This document shows, piece by piece, positions 52,086 to 64,000 of a stretch of DNA of 64,000 nucleotides (positions are counted from its first letter, which is position 1; every line of letters begins with the position of its first letter). Where the stretch lies: contig NC_043013.1 of NCBI RefSeq assembly GCF_006345805.1, positions 51,150,001 to 51,214,000 of the forward strand, given 5' to 3'. A model generated the notes under the pieces. It did no database searches, had not been told where the DNA came from, and saw only the letters and a list, made by a program, of their open reading frames with translations. The stretch is from Octopus sinensis (lineage: Eukaryota). Position numbers and translations under genes: made by a program.

Positions 52086-53391
52086 ACACACACACATACA
52101 TGCTGGAGTCAATTTTGCTGAAACTTTTACACTGACGAAAAGCAGGACTGGTGCCAGGGCCTGCAATCTAATGCTTTGTTCTCCCAGGAAGAAAGGGGTC
52201 TGTTGCATCGTTTCCAGCTGACCTTCCTGTTGGGAAGTGGCCGAAGAGAACTTTCTTCGGAATTCTGATATTACACATACGTAAGAGACTACCTGACCAT
52301 CTAAGCTGCACACACACACACACACACATATGAATTAGAGAAGGAACAACCTTTTATCAATTCAACAATGAAATAACAATGATATAATTAAATTATACCA
52401 TATAGAAAAAATTAGATATATACAAAAAACGTATGTCAAAATTAAGTTAAGTATAAAATAATAAATAAAACTATATAATTACTAAATTGAATTTTTCCCT
52501 GTAAGTTTGGAATAATGTTCTCTATTATTATTATTATATATATATATATATATGCGTGTGTGTGTATGTATGAATGTATGTATCTGTGTACGTGTATGCA
52601 TGAAGTAAATATAATGATAGATAATATGCAGACTGGTTTATTTTTACAATTTATTTCCTTTCATTTCACGGTATTTCAAACAGCCGATTTTTATAGTTAC
52701 GATGAACTTTACGTATTCCTGCTGCACTGGGTATGAACAGTTGCATATGTAACCGGGAATAATTTTCTGTGCAACTTAGTTCAGGGTCTTTCAGCCACTA
52801 TAGCTCGAAGCCAACGGAATCCTGTTAACTGAATAATGGTCAGTCTTCACGATTAAACGAGGGGAGGTTAGTTTGAATCTGAAATCCGATATGGCTGCAC
52901 AATTGTATCGTTGACCTTGGCTTCTCACCAGTTTCTGGCCAGAGTCCGGATTCTATCTAATTAAATACATTTTATTTATTTAAGCCAAGAAAACATTCAT
53001 AACCTGTTACTCAGTTTCACATCAGCGTTCATCGCTAGTTTGTATCATCACAAATGTCAGATGGATACTTACGTAAAACCTCTGAGTGGCAGTTTGTAAC
53101 GGTTTAATTCGGCTCCAATTAAGGAATATCTTATCCTCCCTTTTGCATTGGAGTATGACATTTTCTATCTTCTTTTGCACATATTTGCTTACTTGAGTGC
53201 ACACTTCGATTAAAATTACTAGTCTATTGACAGATATACGAGTGCATTTTCCCTGACATATGGACTCTTAGACGACTCCCCCCCAAATACAGACACCCAC
53301 AACTGTGGCGATAAAGTAGCAATTGCGTGCGAGTGACGAAACCACTTTGAGTATGATCCTGTAAATCGAAAAAGGACAGAGAGAGAGAGAG

Positions 53392-53426
<35 letters not shown>

Positions 53427-54005
53427 CACTTTGCCCTCATGTATTTATTCCCTCCCTTGGCCTTTTCCGTAGGCTTTTCCTTCCACGGATAAACCTAATC
53501 TGCCTTTTTACATTTTTAAAATTCTTCTGTGATACACGATCCCTTCTGATGGTTTTTTTCACGATCCCATTTGATCGAATTTTACCTTTTTTTCTCATTT
53601 TTCGAAAAGAAAAGCTCCACATTTGTATTTGTCCTCTCTGTGTTCAGGTCCGTGTGGCCAATAAAGAAATTTATCTATCCATGTCTATATATCTGTCTGT
53701 CTGTTTGTCTAGCTATGTATGTATCTATCACTATCTATCTCTGTCGTTTTGTCTATCAATATATATATATATAATAGCAAAGCGTAAAATTAATTAATTA
53801 AGAAATAATCAGTAATTTCACCAAGTAGAATTCGGCATGAAAAAGACCATTTCATGGGAAGCTTAAGTAATACTTTGGTTTTCAAGTACTTTGGTTTTTC
53901 TGAGAGTCCCTCTTAAAGTAGAAGGAATAGCTAAGATTTTTTGACTGCTATTTCTAAACTTCGGTATGTGGTGAAGCAAATCTTTGCTGAACCCTCATTA
54001 TAAAG

Positions 54006-54045
<40 letters not shown>

Positions 54046-54376
54046 ATATTATATATATATATATTAATAATAAGGGTTGAACCACACGTGTATTTATCGT
54101 TATGGTAAAATCTGGCGTGTGATTGAGTGGATTTCATCCAGATAGTTTTGGCTGAGGAGCTACAAGTGAGTTTTTTGTGAGTAAAATTACATTTAATTCA
54201 TTAATAGCGAAACAATTGTCCCCAAATAATCTGTATTTTGTTATTTTTTATTTGCCCTGTTCGTTGTGAGCTAACAATCGTACTGACTTTCATGGGAAAC
54301 ATGTATTTTTGTGGTTGAAACCTTTTGGATTTACTAGTGCTAGAGTGAGCCACATAGTGATCACTCTCTTATATTT

Positions 54377-54427
<51 letters not shown>

Positions 54428-54879
54428 CTGTGACTATTGCTTGTTACAAAATTAGCATCTGTCTTACCTAAAACTGGAGAAATATTATTGAATGGGGTAC
54501 AGAATACAAAAATACTTTTTACCCAGTCAAATACATATAAGTACAGATATATAAATATAATGTTACCAAATATATTTTCCAGTTAACTTTTATCGATTGA
54601 TCTCTCAAGAGATTTCATTCTCTTCTGTGTTCCTTCCTTTCTTTCAATTTTATTTCCCTCGTTCACTTATTCTTTCCTTCATTTTTCTATCCATTATATG
54701 TTGTTATTCTTCCTTCTTATCTGTTTTTCTCTTTCAGGGACAAACAACAACAGCAGCAACAACAACAGCGAATACAGAAAGACAACAACAACAGCAACAA
54801 TACTGGAGAGTAGACGCTGCAGCATAGAAAACAATATATATATATATATATATATATATGGATATATTCCTAATATTTA

Positions 54880-54920
<41 letters not shown>

Positions 54921-55330
54921 TATATATATTATTCGCTTCAGCCATGCAGCTATGGTCATGCTGGAGCACCATCGTAGTGTTTTTCATCTCATCAGTCTCG
55001 GCTGTTTCACATCATCACTCCTGTATGTGCCTTTACTGCAGCTGTTGGCCCAGTTGGTGTATAAAGGAGTTCGATTCCGCTGCACTCGTCTGCACCTCAT
55101 ACCAGGCTGTTGGTTAATCCGGCATTGCAGATACGGGGATGATTACTTCCTTTTTGAAGACATCTACTTCCACCCTATGCAGGTCTGTGCATGTATATAT
55201 ATATATGTATATGTAATACACACACACACATATATATATGTTTGTATGTATATGCATGCACATATACACATATGCATACATATATATGCATATATATATA
55301 TATATATATTACAATTAATATAATCCTTAC

Positions 55331-55361
<31 letters not shown>

Positions 55362-55599
55362 CATATATATACACACACGCACACACATATATATATATAG
55401 GGAGAGAGAGAGAGAGAAAGAGAGAGAAAGAGAGAGAGAAAAAGAGAGAGAAAGAGAGAGAGAAAAAGAGAGAGAAAGAGATTAGTAGAGTTGGCGGTTG
55501 GAACAAGCGTCTAAGGGATAAGAATGTCCGTTTTACTACCGGAATAAATTACCTATGTCAATCCTGGGCATACATATTTTTGTCATACAGGCAGTGACA

Positions 55600-55918
55600 A
55601 AACTAAACAAGAGTTTATTAGGAATGAAATTTAAATTAGGTGGTATGATTCAAATATATGAAGCCTTCATTCCTCCTATCGAGACTCTGTTTCTTTTTTA
55701 TTTTATGCATTTTTCTTCACTCTGATGAAACCCCATCTTCCAGATTAGATATTCTATAGAATATAACAAATATTATTCTCAGAATTTTCTTTTGTAGCCC
55801 TGTGGAACATTGGAAGCCGAAACGGCTGTTAGATAGGATAAAGCTTTGTATTAAAAAATAATTATCGATGATAGTCAATGGTTTTTGATCAAGTTTTCTC
55901 CCTTTTCTGCTTAATCTA
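55600..55918 (+). mobile_element. Penelope-like pLTR remnant with degenerate hammerhead
   Basis: CTGATGA at 55722-55728 and GAAACGGCTGTT-AGA at 55819-55833; followed by (TA)n; homologous to 4662-4775. Confidence 0.5.
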
Positions 55919-55919
55919 A

Positions 55920-55953
<34 letters not shown>

Positions 55954-56022
55954 GTATGTATGTATGTAAGCATGTATATATATAATATATATATATATAT
56001 AATATATATATATATATAATAT

Positions 56023-56093
<71 letters not shown>

Positions 56094-56964
56094 ATGCAGA
56101 ATAAGTGAAGGAAATCAGAAGTTGTATATAATTAACAGAGAGTAATGCTCAAATGGACAGGGACTTGAACTCTCCCTTTCCAGGCCCAGGCAAATGACCC
56201 ATCGAAAATGGCCATAAGAGCAATCCTTATGGAGCTGTTATGGTAATAAGGTAGAAAAAGACAATTAGATTTCAGAAATGTATATGTAGCACAAAATACA
56301 AATTACAAAGAGAAACAAAATTATGCAAAGCCTTATATTTATGTTTGTGTGTATCTCTCTCTCTCTATATATGTCTGTATTTGTGCGTGTGTATGTTGTA
56401 ATGACACCTAGAGAAAGTTCTTGGGTTCTTGGTAGCACAGCCCAGGTATCGAACTCATTTCACTGCATATTGTAAATTTGGGGCTACTTGACAAAATTTG
56501 TCTAATTCCCATAACTTTTGGTGAAAAAATTTTTTATACATCCCATTATGTGACTTAATTTACAGAGCTTAAACTAATTTACATATTTTTGATGGCTTGT
56601 TAACAGTTAAGAAATTCCTATTCTACAGACACAGCATCACCATTATGCAAATTACGTCATTCTATGTGGGTGATGATACATTTTCGATATGGTTATATGT
56701 TGTTATTTTCTCTATCTTTTAAGCATCATGACAGTGATTTCTGTGAACTGTGACGAGAACTTTAAAGTATTTGAAAGTTTGCAGACAGTTTCATGCTCAT
56801 GCCGAGCTGCGTATTTGAGAATTTGAAGACTATTTCACGAGTTCAGTCCCTCCAGAAGACAACCCTTCTTATGTTATAAATGTATTGTACGTTGTAATGT
56901 CTCGTAATGATGTTTGCAGACATCCAAAAACTGTTCAGACTGTATGAGGGGAGTAATTCGTTTA

Positions 56965-58200
56965 GATGGAACATATATAGGTTGGTGGCACTTGAATACT
57001 GGTGGAAGATGAAGGTTCGTAGTACCTATAGCTTAATGCACTTGCATAATGGTGGCACATGTAGCTTAGTGGCACACGTAAGTCGATTGCGTGTATTGCG
57101 GCACATTGTGGAACATGTAGCTTAGTAGCACGTGAGGTTTGGTGGCGTTTGAATACAAGTGGCACATGCATTTCGCTGGCACGTTCACATTGCTGGCACG
57201 CGCAGGGTTGTCATTCTGTTGGTTGGTGGCACTTGAATAATGGTAGTGTAGGTTGCTCTGCGGCACATATAGGATGCAAGGACCTGTTGATTAGTGACAT
57301 TTGAGTTGTAGCGGCACTTGAACGTGTAGAATGGTGCAACTGTAGATTGGTGGCATTTGAATTTTGTTGCCCATGCAGCACGGAGACACATGAAGGGTTG
57401 ATAGCACCTGTTGGTTGCGTGGACTTGATTGTTGGTAGCACATGTAGGCAATCATCACCTGTAATTTGGTGGAGTATGTAGGATGGTGGTATTTGAAGTG
57501 GTGACATAAGGCGGTGCGCTGGCATAAATGTTAGCACGCCGGGCGAAATGCTTTGTGGTATTTCATCTGCCGCTACGTTCTGAGTTCAAATTCCGCCGAG
57601 GTCGACTTTGCCTTTCATCCTTTCGGGGTCGATAAATAAAGTACCAGTTACGCACTGGGATCGTTTGTCAGTCCTTGTTTGTCCTCTCTGTGTTTAGCCC
57701 CTTGTGGGTAGTAAAAGAAATAGGTATTTCGTCTGCCGCAAGGTTCTGAGTTCAAATTCCGCCGAGGTCGACTTTGCCTTTCTTCCTTTCGGGGTCGATT
57801 AAATAAGTACCAGTTACGCATTGGGGATCGATATAATCGACTTAATCCGTGTGTCTGTCCTTGTTTGTCCACTCTGTGTTTAGCCCCTTGTGGGTAGTAA
57901 AGGAATAGGTATTTGAAGTGATGACATTTGTAGGTCCGTCTGAGATTACCTAATACATATGTCTTACTAGAACCCTTCAACTATTCATTAGTGACACCAG
58001 CAATTCTGTGTCGGTAGAACATGCAGTTATAGATATATCATAGTGACCCCTGTAGATCAGTGACATCTCTAGGTCGGTGGAACTCGTCGATTTGTGATAC
58101 ATGGAGGATTGTAACACTTGCAGCATGGCTGCACTTGTAGATGTGTGTGTGTTTGTGTGGTACCCCTAGCTTTGAGGCACATGTAACTGCCTGACATCTG
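56965..58200. repeat. Degenerate minisatellite of about 16-17 bp (GGTGGCACATGTAG-like), split by a SINE
   Basis: The unit recurs dozens of times on both sides of the 57510-57910 insertion. Confidence 0.7.
57510..57914 (+). mobile_element. SINE family B dimer with 20-bp TSD
   Basis: TSD GGTATTTGAAGTG(G/A)TGACAT at 57488-57507 and 57908-57927. Confidence 0.93.
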
Positions 58201-58594
58201 TAGGTCGGCGCGAAGTTTCTCGCTGTGTGTGTCCTTGTGTGCTACAATAGGGCCGTAAGAAACAGTCAAATCTTCCTTACACAATGTGCTACCATTTTAA
58301 ATAAAGAGAGATACATTTAACAACGCGTTTTTTTCGTAATTGTTAAGGCTGGCTGTCCATGGTTGGAACACTTATGACAATAGGTTCGCTTGACTGAGGA
58401 CGCGCACTTATAACAAGTATAATTATAAAAAACACAAACAGCAAAAGAACGAGGGTGATTACGACGACGGAAACATCAGCAGCGATAACAACAATAGTAG
58501 CAAGAACAACACTAATAGAAGCAAAATCAACAACAACAACAACAACAGGATTAGAAATAACAACGTGAACAACAACAATGATAGTAATAATACT

Positions 58595-59152
58595 GCCTAC
58601 TATAGGTACAAAGCCCGACATATTGGGGGAGGAAGACTAATCAATTACATCGATTCCATTGCTAAACTGGTACTTATTTCATCGACCCTGGAAAGATGAA
58701 AGACAAAGTCGACCTCGGCGGAATTTGAACTCAGAACACGTAAAGACGGACGAAATGCCACTTGGCATTTTGCCTAGCGTGCTAACGATTCAGCCAGCTC
58801 GCCGCCTCGAACATTCTTTTCTGATCTAGGCAGAAGGCCCGAAATTTTGGGGGGAGGGGCCAGTAGATTAGATTGTGTGGTACCCCTAATTTAGAGGCAC
58901 ATGTAACTGCCTGTCATCTGTAAGTCGACGCGAAAGTTCTCTTTGTGTGTGTCCGTGTCGGTTACAATAGGGCCGTAAGACAAGGTAGTCAAATCTTCCT
59001 TACACAACGTGCTACTGGTACTTAATTTATTGACCCCGAAAGGATGAAAGGCAAAATCGACCTCGGCGGAATTTGAACTCAGAAAGTAAAGACGGACGAA
59101 ATGCTAGTTAGCATTTTGCCTGGCGTACTAACGATTCTGCCACCTCACCGTC
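58595..59152 (-). mobile_element. Two family B SINEs, the second carrying an inserted segment
   Basis: 58595-58806 and 58815-59152; foreign sequence at about 58876-59013. Confidence 0.88.
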
Positions 59153-59574
59153 TTGAATAGTAAAAACAATAGCAGACGCAATAACACGAACGACAGCCAC
59201 AGTAGAAAAAGAGAAAAAGAAAAACGACAACAATAGCAGCAACAAAAACAATGGAAACAACAGCAAAGAGAATAACAGAAATAACAAGAGCAACAAGGCG
59301 CAACCACAACGAGAAAAAACACCACCAACAACAAAATTAAGAGCAACACTCAGTGTAAGTAATTTTAAAGTAACCCAGAGTTTAGAATCTCGCCGTTGCT
59401 GATTCAAACAAATTCCTTCGTGCTGCAATATTAAAGAATCTCTTAAATTAGAATTGTCTCTGCTAAAATAGCAAAGTTGCACAAAATATTTCTGCTCAAA
59501 ATATGCGCATTATACGAATATATTCTAAAAGTACATTGTTTTGTTAATAGTAAAAATAATAGTATATACATATT

Positions 59575-60168
59575 TATTTATTGCCCACTGGGGCTAAACA
59601 TCGAGGGAACAAACAAGGACAGACAAAGGGTTTAAGCCGATTCCATCGACCCTAGGGAGTTACTGGTAATTAGTTTATCGACCGCGGAAGGATGAAAGGC
59701 AAAGTCGACCTCGGCGGAATTTGAACTCAGAACATAAAGACGGACGAAATACGGCTACGCATTTCGCCCGGCGTGCTAACGTTTCTGCCAGCTCGCCGCC
59801 CTATCATGATATATATATTTTTTCCTACTCTAGGCACAAGACCCGAAATTTTTGGTGAGAGGGTCAGTCGATTAGATCGACCCCCTGTACGCAACTGGTA
59901 ATTATAGTACTTAATTTATCGACCCCAAAAGGATGAAAGGCAGATGAAATACCTATTTCTTTACTACTCACAAGGGGCTAAACACAGAGGGGACAAACAA
60001 GGACAGACAAACGGATTAAGTCGATTATATCGACCCCAGTGCGTAACTCGTACTTATTTAATCGACCCCGAATGTATGAAAGGCAATTTAAACTCAGATC
60101 GTAGCGGCAGACGAAATACCGCTAAGCATTTCGCCCGGCGTGCTAACATTTCTGCCAGCTCGCCGCCT
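59575..60168 (-). mobile_element. Family B SINE cluster (monomer plus dimer)
   Basis: Heads end at about 59800 and 60167; junction GAAATACCTATTTCTTTAC at about 59946. Confidence 0.9.
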
Positions 60169-60221
60169 TATAATAGTACATATATTGCATAAGTATATAA
60201 AGTATATACTGTATATATTGT

Positions 60222-60581
60222 GGAGGTGCAATGACCCAGTGGTTAGAGCAGCGGACCCGTGGTCGTAGGATCGCGCTCTCGATTCCCAGACCGGGCGTTT
60301 TGAGTGTTTATGAGCGAAAACACCTAAAAGCTCCACGATGCTCCGGCAGGGGCTGCTGGTGAACCCTACTGTACTCTTCCACCACAACTTTCTCTCACTC
60401 TTTTTCCCCGTTTCTATTGTGCCCGTAATTCAAAGGGCCAGCCTTCTCACGCTGAATATCCCCGAGAACTACGTTAAGGGTACACGTCTGTGGAGTGCTC
60501 AGTCACTCACGTGCTCGCTGTTCTGTTGATCGGAACCCTCTGTTGAACTGGAACCCTCGTCGTCGCAACCGATGGAGTGCC
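60222..60581 (+). mobile_element. Chimeric SINE: family C head with family D tail
   Basis: 60222-60400 matches 15813-15975; 60430-60581 matches 27100-27263. Confidence 0.85.
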
Positions 60582-60594
60582 ACACACACACACA

Positions 60595-60629
<35 letters not shown>

Positions 60630-60903
60630 TAATACACTTCTAGTACAAGGATAATAGTTTTCAAAAATGTTTTATCAGTGGCCAGCATATTGATATAGTT
60701 GTTAAGGTGAAAATTATAAACGATTATAAACAAGGGCATTGTATGTGGTTAGACAATGTAAAGTCTATTTTTCGGCATATTGGCATAAAAAATGTTGTCT
60801 TTTGCCCAGATATATAAAACACCCTGGAAACAACTAAGACCTTTTCTTGCTAAATGTGTTGAAATCTATTTACTACCTTGGATTTTTTTATCTCATTCTG
60901 TCA

Positions 60904-60959
<56 letters not shown>

Positions 60960-60960
<1 letters not shown>

Positions 60961-61152
60961 GATGATAGATCGGTAGCCACTACACATTCTTTATTTTCTC
61001 TCCTTGTTTCTTTCTGCGTTCCTTTCTGTGGAAGAGCGTAGGCTCGAAACGTTAAAGACTTTTTCACTTTCCGATCGTTATACTAAGATATCTGTTTGTT
61101 GTCTACACTACCTGTCTTCGTCTTTTGTTTTTTTTTGTGAATTATCCCTATG
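60960..61152 (+). mobile_element. Family E repeat with variant hammerhead (61022-61057)
   Basis: Matches 33645-33815; embedded in microsatellite. Confidence 0.75.
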
Positions 61153-61434
61153 TATGTATGTGTGTATATATATACATATATATATATATATACACACATA
61201 TACATAGACAGATACGTTGGTGCGAAACTCTCGGACGAAAACACCAAATAAATAAATAAATAAAACAGCAATCAATTACTGAGCCTTACCCAGGTTTAAT
61301 AATGGATTCTAATTTATGTTTACGAAGGCCGGGATAAAGATCGATTACATTGACACCAGTATTTGACTGGTACTTTATCTTATCGAACCTGGAGAGACAA
61401 AAGACAAAGCTGACTTCTTTAAGAATAAAATTTC

Positions 61435-62105
61435 AAAATGGAGATGCATCTGTATAAATCACTCTAATAATGAGTAAAAATATACCAGAAAGGGGAGATA
61501 ATAAAAGATGAAAAAAGAAAGTAAAAAGGAAGAGGAGAGAAGCGTAGATGAAGAAGAAAAGAAAAGTAGGATAAGAGAGGATGGAGAAAATAGAGAAGAT
61601 ACCAGTTTCAGATATGGTAAGGAGATAATTTATAAAAAGCAAAATGTGTAAGATGCAATCACAGAAAAATACTAGAGATGGGAACTGAAAATAAGGATTG
61701 TGGACGTGAGTGAAGTAAAAACCGAAACGAAATATAAGGAACCCAAAGCATGAAAGAGAAAATCTTAAAAACTGGAGTAGAAACGAGGAAATGTCGACAA
61801 ATACGAAGGTAAATGAGAAGACAGATGAGACAGAGAAACAAAATTTAAGAAGATTTTAAGAAAAAATTGTATAAATTAGATGAGAAAGAATTGGAAGAGG
61901 AATATATGTAGTACAAAAAAGGTGGTGGGTGGAGAAAAAAGAAGAAGGTGAAGAAATGTGAAAGATAGAGGAGGAAAAGAAATAGAAGATGGAAGGATGT
62001 AAGACAGGAGGGATGTAAGCAGAAAATTGAGAAAAGAGGAAAGTGTGTAGTGTAGAAATAAAGATAAAAATTCAAAATGATAAGTCGAGGAGAGGATTTT
62101 AGAGT
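61435..62105. repeat. Purine-rich low-complexity tract
   Basis: Strong A/G bias on the plus strand with no clear repeat unit. Confidence 0.8.
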
Positions 62106-62810
62106 ATAATGAACGTACAAATACATATATATACACACACACATTCATAATGCATATATGTAAATACGTGTGTTCGTGTGTGTGTGTTCGTGTGTGTGAG
62201 AGAGAGAGTTCGTGTACATGTCGTCTTGTGAACATCCTAGTAGAAAGGTAAAAGGAAATCAAGAAAGAGATAGGGAAAAGAGGAATGACAGAAAGAACGA
62301 GATATTGAAAGTGAAAGTAGAGTTCAATATGGCTGACATTGTTTTTACGTTACTGTCATTCTCTCTGTTTAGAAAACAACAGGAAATGAAAACACATTAG
62401 CTTATACAGTAATGCTAGCTTTGAAAGCAATTATATGATATTCAGCGGAAGTCAGTTCGCCAAACAAGGATTACTAATGAGTGCACACATATATTTCAGT
62501 TAAACCTCTTCGTGTTTTGCTGATGCTCTTAGGACGAGAGAACCTCCATTTTTTCGCCTTCCTCTTTGCCTTCTTTTCTTTGTGCTACATTTTACATTCA
62601 TAGACGTATTTCAGATCAAGTGAGTTATCCATAATTCTTTAATGAGCTAATAATAAGGAATTCTATTGCACTTTCTTATTCGTTTCCAATGATTCTCTCA
62701 CTTGCCAAGAATATATATTTGTGCATGAGCGTTTGTCTGCATACATGTATAAATGCACACGCACACACAGACACGAACGCACGTGCACACACACACCACA
62801 CACACACGTG

Positions 62811-62842
<32 letters not shown>

Positions 62843-63109
62843 ATATATATATATTTATAACTATGTGTGTGTGTGCGTGTGAATGATAGTCTATAAGCTG
62901 TGCAAATGCCAGGTTTTGTGGCTGTGTGTATACATATGCGTATCTGCCTGTCTCTCTATATGACAATATCGAAGTGTATAAGAAAGTGCAAATGAAAATC
63001 TCTCTTTATCTTTCTGTGTGTGTATTTATGTATACTCATACACAACCACACACAATACACACAACACACACAACAGACACACGCACATATGCACAGACAT
63101 TTACATACT

Positions 63110-63144
<35 letters not shown>

Positions 63145-63146
<2 letters not shown>

Positions 63147-63545
63147 CTGTGTGGGAAGAAGCTTGCTTCCCAATCCAATGGTTCCGGGTTCAGTCCCACT
63201 GCGTGGCACCTTGGGCAAGTGTCTTCTACTATAGCTTCGGGCAGACCAAAGCCTTGTGAGTGGATTTGGTAGACGGAAACTGAAAGAAGTCCGTCGTATA
63301 TTTTTATATATATATATATATATATGTATGTATATGTTTGTGTGTCTGTGTTTGTTCCCCCGACATCACTTGACAACCGATGGTGGTGTGTTTACGTCCC
63401 CGTCACTTAGCGGTTCGGCAAGACGGATCGACAGAATAAGTACTAGGCTTAGAAAGAATAAGTTCTGGGGTAGATTTGCTTGACTAAAGGCGGTGCTCCA
63501 ACATGACTACAGTCAAATGACTGGAACAAATAAAAGAAAAAGAAA
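63145..63545 (+). mobile_element. SINE family A
   Basis: Match from GCTGTGTGG to the tail. Confidence 0.92.
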
Positions 63546-63723
63546 GAAAAACGACATCGACCAAATTTGATTCGAATGTCTCCAAGAAATACTATGTGTT
63601 CGCCACATCAGTTACAGCTGAGAGTAAATCCAAAGTGTGAGAGTTGAATAAGGCCATGAGAGTTTCAGAAATTCCAAGGGTCTTTCTGACACAGGGTCCT
63701 CACAATATAGTTATATTGCTTAA

Positions 63724-63931
63724 GGCGGCGACCTGGCAGAAAAAGTTGGCACGCCAGGTGAATGCTTAGCGGTATTTCGTCTGACTTTACGTTCTGAGTT
63801 CAAATTCCACCGAGGTCGACTTTGCCTTTCATCCTTTCGAGATCGATAAAGTACCAGTTGTGTGCTGGGATCGATCTAATCGACTGAACCCCTCCCCAAA
63901 ATATCAGGCCTTGTGCTTACAGCAGAAAAGA
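63724..63931 (+). mobile_element. SINE family B
   Basis: Head GGCGGCGACCTGGCAGAA through the AGAAAAGA tail. Confidence 0.9.
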
Positions 63932-64000
63932 ATATGGCCATATTGTAAGTGTGATTGGACAATAATTGACAAGTGATGTGCGGTCGTTCATTTTGAACAG

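Noticed and set aside
56150-56240. B-box-like GAGTTCAAGTCCC on the minus strand plus a small hairpin
   Set aside because: No convincing A box or acceptor stem; insufficient for a tRNA or SINE call.
58343-58621. Hydrophobic membrane-protein-like ORF (also 59108-59482)
   Set aside because: Antisense reading of a degenerate (AAC)n tract that begins inside a SINE.

Overview
AT-rich, repeat-saturated eukaryotic DNA. The tRNA-derived SINE families and dense (TA)n/(CA)n/(TACA)n microsatellites strongly suggest an octopus (cephalopod) genome; this is my recognition of the sequence, not a database result. I found no intact, recognisable protein-coding gene. Nearly all ORFs in the track are microsatellite or SINE artefacts. 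Supported content: about 40 SINE copies in 3-4 families; decayed RTE, R4/Dong-like (RLE) and Penelope-like retroelements; maT (DD37D), mariner and Tc1 remnants; a hAT-type MITE; two clear Helitrons; several long hairpins; and three degenerate minisatellites. The most notable items are (i) a canonical minimal type I hammerhead ribozyme at 2502-2572 plus about ten variant-core hammerhead-like motifs in (TA)n-flanked Penelope-like terminal repeats, (ii) head-to-tail SINE multimers that share one junction and can be explained by 3' microhomology, and (iii) a speculative set of phase-compatible minus-strand exons, some duplicated, that could give alternative C-termini.
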